DNA from: Pseudoalteromonas translucida KMM 520
Lineage (GTDB): Bacteria; Pseudomonadota; Gammaproteobacteria; Enterobacterales; Alteromonadaceae
Length of the DNA stretch: 32,000 nucleotides
Reading direction: 5' to 3'
Assembly (NCBI RefSeq): GCF_001465295.1
Contig: NZ_CP011034.1
Span: 1,680,001 to 1,712,000, forward strand
Part shown: piece after piece, positions 15,741-22,621 of the stretch
Position numbering within the stretch: the first letter of the stretch is position 1
Layout of the letters: each line of letters begins with the position of its first letter
Notes under the pieces: generated by a model
What the model saw: only the letters and a program-made list of their open reading frames with translations
Told to the model about the DNA's origin: nothing
Databases searched by the model: none
Made by a program: the position numbers and the translations under genes

Positions 15741-15975
15741 AGCAAGTATTAAAACTTACTTTCCATCGCAAATTTTAAAAGTGGTGAGCCTCTGTGTTTT
15801 AAGGCTGCTAAATACGTTGATTCATCTTAGCGTTTTCCAAAAAATAAAAGGACAGGCATAAAATATTTGCCAGTCCCTTTCTAACACCTAAATACGCTCC
15901 TTATCTATTTAAATGCCAGTGAGCTAATAATGCTGTTATGTGGTTTACTTTTGGCTTTGTTACTTAAAATGCACT
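15741..15975 (-). mobile_element. remnant (3' end only) of an IS110-family element, variant C; end of recognisable integron array
   Basis: Aligns with 13330-13520 of variant B (GCAAATTTTAAAAGTGGTGAGCCTCTG...), with a small deletion and a 42-bp insertion. No intact ORF. Confidence 0.7.
15841..15882. repeat. REP-like hairpin insertion (GGACAGGCA-N9-TGCCAGTCC)
   Basis: Present in variant C but absent from the aligned variant B sequence (CGTTTTCCA|ACACCTAAATAC). Its core GGACAGGCATAAAA matches the left flank of the Y1 transposase at 26712-26725. Confidence 0.55.
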
Positions 15976-16091
15976 GTGGTGAATTCAATCAGCTATTTAC
16001 AACCCCCAGCCTGCACAGCTGGGTTTGTACTAAACATGTGGGTAGGATAACGCGCTAATGAGCCCACACTGTGCATATAATTTGGCTATGG

Positions 16092-16976
16092 TTATGTTGT
16101 TTTTTTAGCTTGGTCAATAAAGTCATTTAAGTAGTCTATATGCTGCTCGTTGTTACGAATACCGACAAATATTTGTTTGTTAATACCTTGCTCTCCAAAC
16201 CTTAGGCTTTTGATAGGCATTGTTTTAGAATACTCGTCTACTAGCCAGCCAGGTAAAGCACAAATACCGCGACCCGCAGCGACCATTTGCAGCATAATTT
16301 CGGTTGTTTCAATGGTTTTATGTTTTTTTACTGAGCACTTTGCCGGATTAAGAAACTGGCTAAAAATATCAAGCCTTAGTGGCTCTACAGGGTAACTAAA
16401 CAATACTTCTTCGCTTAGTTGCTCGGGTAACACAAACTCTTGCGTTGCAAGTTTATGGGATTTAGCAACTACGAGTCTGTGTTCGTAGTTAAACACAGGT
16501 ATATAGCTTATTTTAGGTTTAAAAAGTGGATCGGGTGTTATTAGTACGTCAATTTCGTAGCTTAGTAATGCACCTAAAGCGCCAAACTGAAACTCCTGCT
16601 TTACGTCAATGTCTATGTCTGGCCAATGCTCTAAATAGGGCTCAATTACTCTAAGTAACCATTGGTAACAAGGATGGCACTCCATGCCAATGCGTAGCGA
16701 GCCCAGTTCACCTTTGGCAATTTGATTTAGTAATAATTCAGTATGTACAAACTGCGGTAATACTCTGTTTGCCAGTGTTTGAATGTGCTCACCAGCCGCT
16801 GTAAGGCGCAAATTTCGACCGTCTTTTTTCCATATTGGCGTACCAACTTGGCCTTCTAGTTTTTTAATACTGTGACTTAGTGCCGATTGCGATAAGTACA
16901 ACGAATTTGCTGCCTTAGTTAGGGTTCCATGTTCTTTTATGGCGGTTAGTATTTCTAAGTGGATCCTTTCCAGCAC
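16092..16976 (-). CDS. metR: LysR-family transcriptional regulator, MetR-like
   Basis: 294 aa. N-terminal HTH ...SQSALSHSIKKLE... and RLTAAGE..LANRVLPQ pattern like MetR. Adjacent to methionine-synthase genes. Confidence 0.65.
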   Translation of the reverse strand: MLERIHLEILTAIKEHGTLTKAANSLYLSQSALSHSIKKLEGQVGTPIWKKDGRNLRLTAAGEHIQTLANRVLPQFVHTELLLNQIAKGELGSLRIGMECHPCYQWLLRVIEPYLEHWPDIDIDVKQEFQFGALGALLSYEIDVLITPDPLFKPKISYIPVFNYEHRLVVAKSHKLATQEFVLPEQLSEEVLFSYPVEPLRLDIFSQFLNPAKCSVKKHKTIETTEIMLQMVAAGRGICALPGWLVDEYSKTMPIKSLRFGEQGINKQIFVGIRNNEQHIDYLNDFIDQAKKTT

Positions 16977-17247
16977 AAGTTAACTCCTATCTTTAATTTA
17001 GCTTTAATGATGACTGATATTCATTGGTTGATGAAATTATATCATTTTATCAGGCAAACAAGTTTATTTACTATTAAGGTGGGAATAACTAATTATAACA
17101 AAGCGTTATATTAAACTTAGCGAGAGCTGAGTTGGTAGGACTTGCTAACGTTATTGTTATATTTAAAAACCAAAAAGCAGGGGCTGTAATTACCTCGTAA
17201 ATTGACTGAAAGGTCTTTGTTGTGATTAAAAATAGAAGTAATAATTA

Positions 17248-18078
17248 ATGAATATCATTGAATTTATAACAAGTAATATATCAACTTTGTTGGCATTGGT
17301 AGCCACAGGCGTATTTGCCGGTATTTTAGCTGGCTTACTCGGTGTGGGCGGTGGAATTGTAATTGTGCCTGTGTTGTTTTTTTTGTTTCAGAGCTTTGGA
17401 GTATCGCCCGAGTCTGCAATGTTAATTGCAACAGCAACGTCTTTGGCAACCATAGTGCCTACATCTATTAGTTCAATTAGGTCTCACAATAAAAAAGGCA
17501 ATGTAGACTTTAGCCTTTTAAAACGTTGGGCTGCATTTATTCTTATAGGTGTATTGTTGGGTAGCTGGTTAGTTACCCGGGTTGATGGCAAGTTGCTTAC
17601 GGTGCTGTTTGGGGCAATAGCGCTGTTATCTGCACTTAATATGCTGTTTAGAACGGGTAAGTCGGCGTTATATCAAAGACTACCAGGTACAGTAGGGCAA
17701 AGTTTTATGGGCGCATTTATTGGTTTTTTAAGTTCTATGGTGGGGATTGGCGGCGGTACTATTTCGGTGCCATTACTTACCTTATATAACTATCCTGCTC
17801 ATAAGGCTGTTGGTACTGCTGCAGCAATTGGGTTAATTATTTCATTGCCTGGTGCGCTAACTATGTTGATATTGGGCAGTACGCCAATTGATGCGCCCGC
17901 GGGGACTTTTGGTTTGGTTAATTTATTTGGTTTTGCGTGTATTGTACCGCTAACCGTGTTGTTTGCGCCTGTAGGGGCGTCGTTAGCTGCAAAATTAGAT
18001 GCAGGTAAACTGAAGAAGGTATTTGCTTGTGTACTATTAATTACTGGTTTACGCATGTTAGCGCAAGTTTTTTTATAG
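17248..18078 (+). CDS. TauE/SafE (DUF81) family sulfite/anion exporter
   Basis: 276 aa, about 8 TM segments, duplicated GxGGG motifs (GLLGVGGGIVIVP and MVGIGGGTISVP). Confidence 0.8.
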   Translation: MNIIEFITSNISTLLALVATGVFAGILAGLLGVGGGIVIVPVLFFLFQSFGVSPESAMLIATATSLATIVPTSISSIRSHNKKGNVDFSLLKRWAAFILIGVLLGSWLVTRVDGKLLTVLFGAIALLSALNMLFRTGKSALYQRLPGTVGQSFMGAFIGFLSSMVGIGGGTISVPLLTLYNYPAHKAVGTAAAIGLIISLPGALTMLILGSTPIDAPAGTFGLVNLFGFACIVPLTVLFAPVGASLAAKLDAGKLKKVFACVLLITGLRMLAQVFL

Positions 18079-18106
18079 GTTTTTAATTTAGTTATTGTTT
18101 GTTTAT

Positions 18107-18152
18107 AAAAAGAATGCGCGGTATAGAGATCTCTATACCGCGCATTCTTTTT
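18107..18152. terminator. bidirectional rho-independent terminator
   Basis: Perfect 38-nt palindrome AGAATGCGCGGTATAGAGATCTCTATACCGCGCATTCT flanked by an A-run and a T-run, between convergent genes. Confidence 0.8.
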
Positions 18153-18209
18153 ATAAAAACTATATTTAAGTGCTAATACTAGTTGGATTATATAGATTGA
18201 TTTATAGGA

Positions 18210-19259
18210 TTAACGTTTGTTAGCTAGTTCTTTGCGGATTATTTCTGCTCCTGCACTTAAGGCATTTAACTTAGCGTTTGCTACATTACGCGCTAAAGGA
18301 GCCATACCACAGTTGGTACAAGGGTAGAGCTTATCGGCATCAACATATTTAAGCGCTTCGCGCAGGGTATTAGCAACTTCTTCGGGTGTTTCTATGGTGT
18401 CGGTTGCTACATCAATAGCGCCTACCATCACTTTTTTGCCGCGAATAAGTTCAAGTAGCTCCATTGGTACATGAGAGTTATGACATTCTAGCGAAATAAT
18501 ATCTATATTTGATTGCTGTAACTTAGGAAACGCTTCTTCGTATTGGCGCCATTCTGAGCCTAATGTTTTTTTCCAATCGGTATTGGCTTTAATGCCGTAG
18601 CCGTAGCAAATATGCACCGCGGTTTCGCATTTTAGTCCTTCAATTGCGCGCTCTAAACAGGCAATGCCCCAGTCATTAACGTCATCAAAAAACACATTAA
18701 ATGCCGGTTCATCAAATTGGATAATATTTACCCCTGCGGCTTCTAGCTCTTTGGCTTCTTGATTAAGAATTATGGCAAATTCCCACGCAAGTTTTTCGCG
18801 ACTTTTATAATGATCGTCATAAAGGGTATCTATCATTGTCATTGGGCCAGGCAAAGCCCATTTTATTGGCTGGTTAGTTTGTTGGCGTAAAAATTTAGCA
18901 TCTTCAACAAAAACCGGCTTTTGCCGACTAACAGGGCCAACAACCGTTGGTACACTTGCATCGTACCGATCGCGAATTTTAACGGTTTTACGCTTTTCAA
19001 AATCAACACCGTTGAGATGCTCAATAAGGGTGGTAACAAAGTGTTGCCTGGTTTGCTCGCCATCACTGACAATATCAATGCCTGCTTGTTGCTGATCGTG
19101 TAATGACAAGCGTAGGGCGTCTTGCTTACCTTCAATTAATTCATCGTCTTGTAATTTCCAAGGCGACCAAAGTGTTTGTGGTTGTGCAAGCCAAATTGGT
19201 TTAGGCAAGCTGCCCGCAGTTGACGTAGGTAATAGTGTATTGCTAATAAGTGTTTTCAT
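18210..19259 (-). CDS. core-MetE type cobalamin-independent methionine synthase (single Meth_synt_2 domain; MesD-like)
   Basis: 349 aa, about half the length of MetE. Zn-ligand contexts HICYG and CTNCGM. Paired with a DUF1852-like gene. Confidence 0.8.
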   Translation of the reverse strand: MKTLISNTLLPTSTAGSLPKPIWLAQPQTLWSPWKLQDDELIEGKQDALRLSLHDQQQAGIDIVSDGEQTRQHFVTTLIEHLNGVDFEKRKTVKIRDRYDASVPTVVGPVSRQKPVFVEDAKFLRQQTNQPIKWALPGPMTMIDTLYDDHYKSREKLAWEFAIILNQEAKELEAAGVNIIQFDEPAFNVFFDDVNDWGIACLERAIEGLKCETAVHICYGYGIKANTDWKKTLGSEWRQYEEAFPKLQQSNIDIISLECHNSHVPMELLELIRGKKVMVGAIDVATDTIETPEEVANTLREALKYVDADKLYPCTNCGMAPLARNVANAKLNALSAGAEIIRKELANKR

Positions 19260-19329
19260 AATAAATAGTGCCGTATATTTAAAGTTATAATTGAACCTAG
19301 CTATAGAGCGGCGCAGTTAAGCGCCACTT

Positions 19330-20304
19330 TTAAACGTAATTGGCAGAGAATTGTTCAAGCACAGTTTGGTATGGCTTAATTAAGTGCTCTTCGGTAAACT
19401 TTCCCTGCTGACTGGCCATTTGGCTACGTTCTTCTCGATCATAAACAATTTGTGTTAATGAATGATCTTGGTTGTTTAAATTTGGCTGATAAGACTTTCC
19501 TGCAGGTGCATTTGCATTGTAAATTTCAGGTCGATAGATTTTCTGAAATGTTTCCATGGTACAAATGGTGCTTATAAGTTCAAGGTTAGTGTAATCATTA
19601 AGCAGGTCACCAAAAAAGAAAAATGCTAAAGGCGCTACACTGTTTGGTGGCATAAAGTAACGTACCTGCAAGCCCATTTTTTTGAAATATTGTTCGGTTA
19701 AAGACGACTCGTTTGGCAGGTATTCAACGCCTAAAATTGGATGCTGGTTTTGAGTTTGATGATACGTTTTGTTATCAGAAACACTAATACATATTACAGG
19801 TAGTTTATTAAAATTTAGTCTGTAAGTACTTGAGTTAATAAAATGCTGAAACAGCTTGCCGTGCAGCTCGCCAAAGTTATCTGGGATACTAAATTTAGCT
19901 TGGTTTTTATTATGATTTTGCAGTAATACGCTAAAGTCATAATCGCGCACATAAGAGGAAAAGTTATTGCCTACAATGCCTTCAATGCGTTTATTGGTTT
20001 TATGATCAACAATAATTGTTTTTAATATTTCTATTGACGGAAAAGTATTACCACTGCCTTTAATATCTAAATCTACAGAAATAATCTCGAGTTCGACAGA
20101 GTAACGATCTCCATTTTCGTTATCCCAATTCGCTAAAGCATTAAAGCGGTTATCAATCATTTTTAACGCGTTGCGCAAATTAGCTTGGCGGTATTTTCCT
20201 CTGGCCAAGTTAGCAAAGTTGGTTGTAAGGCGCGTATCGTTAGATGGCTGATAACTTTCATCAAGAGAAGTGCTCTTAATAGTAAATTTAAAGTCTTTTT
20301 TCAT
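19330..20304 (-). CDS. DUF1852-like protein (MesX-like partner of MesD)
   Basis: 324 aa immediately upstream of and co-directional with the core-MetE gene. The N-terminal ...TTNFANLARG... block matches my recollection of DUF1852. Confidence 0.6.
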   Translation of the reverse strand: MKKDFKFTIKSTSLDESYQPSNDTRLTTNFANLARGKYRQANLRNALKMIDNRFNALANWDNENGDRYSVELEIISVDLDIKGSGNTFPSIEILKTIIVDHKTNKRIEGIVGNNFSSYVRDYDFSVLLQNHNKNQAKFSIPDNFGELHGKLFQHFINSSTYRLNFNKLPVICISVSDNKTYHQTQNQHPILGVEYLPNESSLTEQYFKKMGLQVRYFMPPNSVAPLAFFFFGDLLNDYTNLELISTICTMETFQKIYRPEIYNANAPAGKSYQPNLNNQDHSLTQIVYDREERSQMASQQGKFTEEHLIKPYQTVLEQFSANYV

Positions 20305-20841
20305 GATTTTTGGTATCCATTTATATAATTAAAGCTGAATTTTTTGTTTAACTTCTGAGGTTTTCGGTAATATCTTCAGATTTCCGTGTCAGTAGTCACC
20401 ATATTATTTTTTATTTTTACCTAAAGGCTTAATTGCAACCAAATGCAGTACGGCCAAAGGTAGAAGCAAGAATGTATTTTATACGTTGTTACTGTTATGA
20501 ATAAAACTGATTTAATTTCATTTATATATGAGCGTTGTTCATGAGTTGTTTTTCTTGTTAGTTTTCTGCGTTTATTAGCATTGTTGTGGCTTTGTAAAGT
20601 GAACTTTTAATGTGGAATAAGTTGGGTTAAATAATGTTTATTTAATAAAGCTAAGTAAAAGTATGTAGCAGCTGCTTATAAGTAAATAAAGTTACTGTAA
20701 ACTTCTTCTTTGTTTTATGTAAATGCAAAGTAAATAATTGAACTGAAATAGGAATTCGGCTATGGTTTATTTAGCAATAACAATAAATTAAAGCGAGTAG
20801 GTTTTAACGCTCGTTAAGTAAAATCATATCAAGGATTAAAT

Positions 20842-21156
20842 ATGAAGATTCAAGCAAATGTAGGAACTATAGATATTTTAGGGCATTTAATACTGTGGTT
20901 TATTTTAATACTAATAACGTTTGGTATAGGGGCGTTCTTTTTTCCTTATTCGTTCTCTAAGTTTATTTTGAACCGCTCTGAGTTAATTGACGAACACGGT
21001 AATGCAAGAAAAATGGTGTGTAATACAGATATTTTTGGCAGCATTGGCCATGTAATTCTTTGGATTATAATTTCAATACTTACCCTTGGCCTTGGTTATG
21101 CCTTTTATTTTTATAAGGTGTGGAACTACTCTTTAAATAATACAGCTATTGAGTAA
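20842..21156 (+). CDS. small membrane protein with an internal two-fold repeat
   Basis: 104 aa, AGGA RBS. Two similar TM-hairpin halves (GHLILWFILILITFGIGAFFFPY and GHVILWIIISILTLGLGYAFYFY). Followed by a strong terminator. Confidence 0.55.
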   Translation: MKIQANVGTIDILGHLILWFILILITFGIGAFFFPYSFSKFILNRSELIDEHGNARKMVCNTDIFGSIGHVILWIIISILTLGLGYAFYFYKVWNYSLNNTAIE

Positions 21157-21240
21157 CTAGCCTTTTAACAAAATACTTTAAGGCAGTTAAGCTGGTAAGA
21201 GAGATATACGGCGCATTCGTTTATTAAATAAACTAAATTA

Positions 21241-21275
21241 AAAAGCATAACTTTAATAGGGTTATGCTTTTTTGT
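21241..21275 (+). terminator. rho-independent terminator (GCATAAC hairpin family)
   Basis: aaaagcataac-N9-gttatgctttttt. About 85% identical over about 42 nt to the terminator at 5711-5746. Confidence 0.7.
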
Positions 21276-21532
21276 TTAAGTCAGAAATTTGAGGGTAAAT
21301 ACCATAAAACGAATAAAGGAGCTAACCCCATAATAAGTAAGCACCTTATAATGTTTAAAAAGGGAAGTTTTATAAACAAAGTTTAATTTTAAATAATGCT
21401 ATGTAGATATACGGCACGATGTATTACAGGCTCAAGCGGAATAAACTCATTAGGTAAGTTACTGTTGATTGTTGCACTCAAACGCAGTGATTTATTATTA
21501 ATCAAGCGTTATGCACTCAGGAAAATATATTT

Positions 21533-21883
21533 ATGCCACATGTAGAAATTAAATATTCAGATAACTTAAAAATAAACATAAAAGAAATTTTTGATGTTAT
21601 AGAGCAGATTATAAATAACAAAGATGGCAGTGCTGGTGTATGTAAATCAAGAGCTTACCCATGTTTAGAATATAAGTACTCGCATATTCTCATTACAATA
21701 TCGTTATTAACTAAGGCTCACAGAAATAAAGAATTCACATTAGCATTAAGTAATGAACTAGAAACATCCATAAAAACACACCTTAAACAAAGCGTGTATT
21801 TTTCGTTAAATATAGAATATAGCCAAGCTTATTACACCACCAATGTTCACCTTGTTGATGACGATATTTTGGCAGGTATATAA
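21533..21883 (+). CDS. 5-carboxymethyl-2-hydroxymuconate isomerase-like tautomerase
   Basis: 116 aa beginning MPHVEIKYSDN (Pro-1 tautomerase signature), with overall pattern like HpcD/CHMI. Confidence 0.6.
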   Translation: MPHVEIKYSDNLKINIKEIFDVIEQIINNKDGSAGVCKSRAYPCLEYKYSHILITISLLTKAHRNKEFTLALSNELETSIKTHLKQSVYFSLNIEYSQAYYTTNVHLVDDDILAGI

Positions 21884-22011
21884 GGTTTATTAAAACCTGC
21901 TCATTCTCGCTTATTAAATAGCGTACTCACTTATTTAATGCGGTTGGTGCTATGTGTTAAATTTTAAAAACGTATAATACGTTTACTGCTGCGAGAAATT
22001 ACTCTCTCGCG

Positions 22012-22041
22012 TTGCTATTTTTTTCTAGCAAGGCGTTAGGC
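22012..22041 (+). other. orphan attC 3' arm (…ATTTTTTTCTAGCAAGGCGTTAGGC)
   Basis: Matches the array 3'-arm consensus ATTTTT..CTTAGCAAGGCGTTRRR. No matching 5' arm (TAACAACACGCC / GCCTAAC) lies upstream. Confidence 0.45.
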
Positions 22042-22555
22042 GAGGAAAGTGGGTAGCTGTCGTTGACAGAACTAGGCTATGTCGTGTTATTACTTGTGTA
22101 AAACTGCCATAAAGAATCGTACAGCTGGAAAGGAAAATGATGAATATTAAACAATGACGACAAGCTAAAAGATGGATTCAGGAAGATCTTGCTTTGTTGT
22201 AATAAGGCTATAAATACTAGGCATAACTACCACAGTGTTTATGCTTATTTATAAGTATAACCCCCCAAACTTACTAATTAATTATCCCTCAGCTTTTATG
22301 CTTACGCGACCTTTGTCTCATATGGTTACACTTGCCCGCAAACTTCACTAATCGTATATTCAAGTTCGTTTACAATAATTAACAAATGAAAATTTGTATG
22401 CATTTGTTATAACAAAGTAGCAGGATTGGTTAGCTCATACTTAACTGATGTTTAGAGTGATGCGTATTTATTATTTATAGCGCAGCTTTGAGTCAGTGTT
22501 TTCAAACAATTAAATTACCTTACATTATACAGATGGCAGGCGTGTACTTGCACCA

Positions 22556-22576
22556 AATAACAAATAATTATTATCG
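22556..22576. promoter_or_regulatory. possible Fur box upstream of the TonB-dependent receptor
   Basis: AATAACAAATAATTATTATCG. The AATAATTATTATC core matches 11/13 of the GATAATCATTATC half of the Fur consensus. It lies about 45 nt upstream of the ATG. Confidence 0.35.
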
Positions 22577-22621
22577 TCAACAGTGAATAAGTCTTAATAA
22601 CAATACAACACAGGAAAGCCA

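Noticed and set aside
20305-20520. SAM or methionine riboswitch, or MetJ/MetR operators, in the mesX leader
   Set aside because: I could not find SAM-riboswitch conserved cores, tandem AGACGTCT MetJ boxes, or a convincing TGAA-N5-TTCA MetR site. This is left unassigned rather than called.
22100-22621. Cobalamin riboswitch upstream of the TonB-dependent receptor
   Set aside because: No B12-box-like sequence or conserved GCCACTG core was found. Only a Fur-box-like AT-rich palindrome is present.
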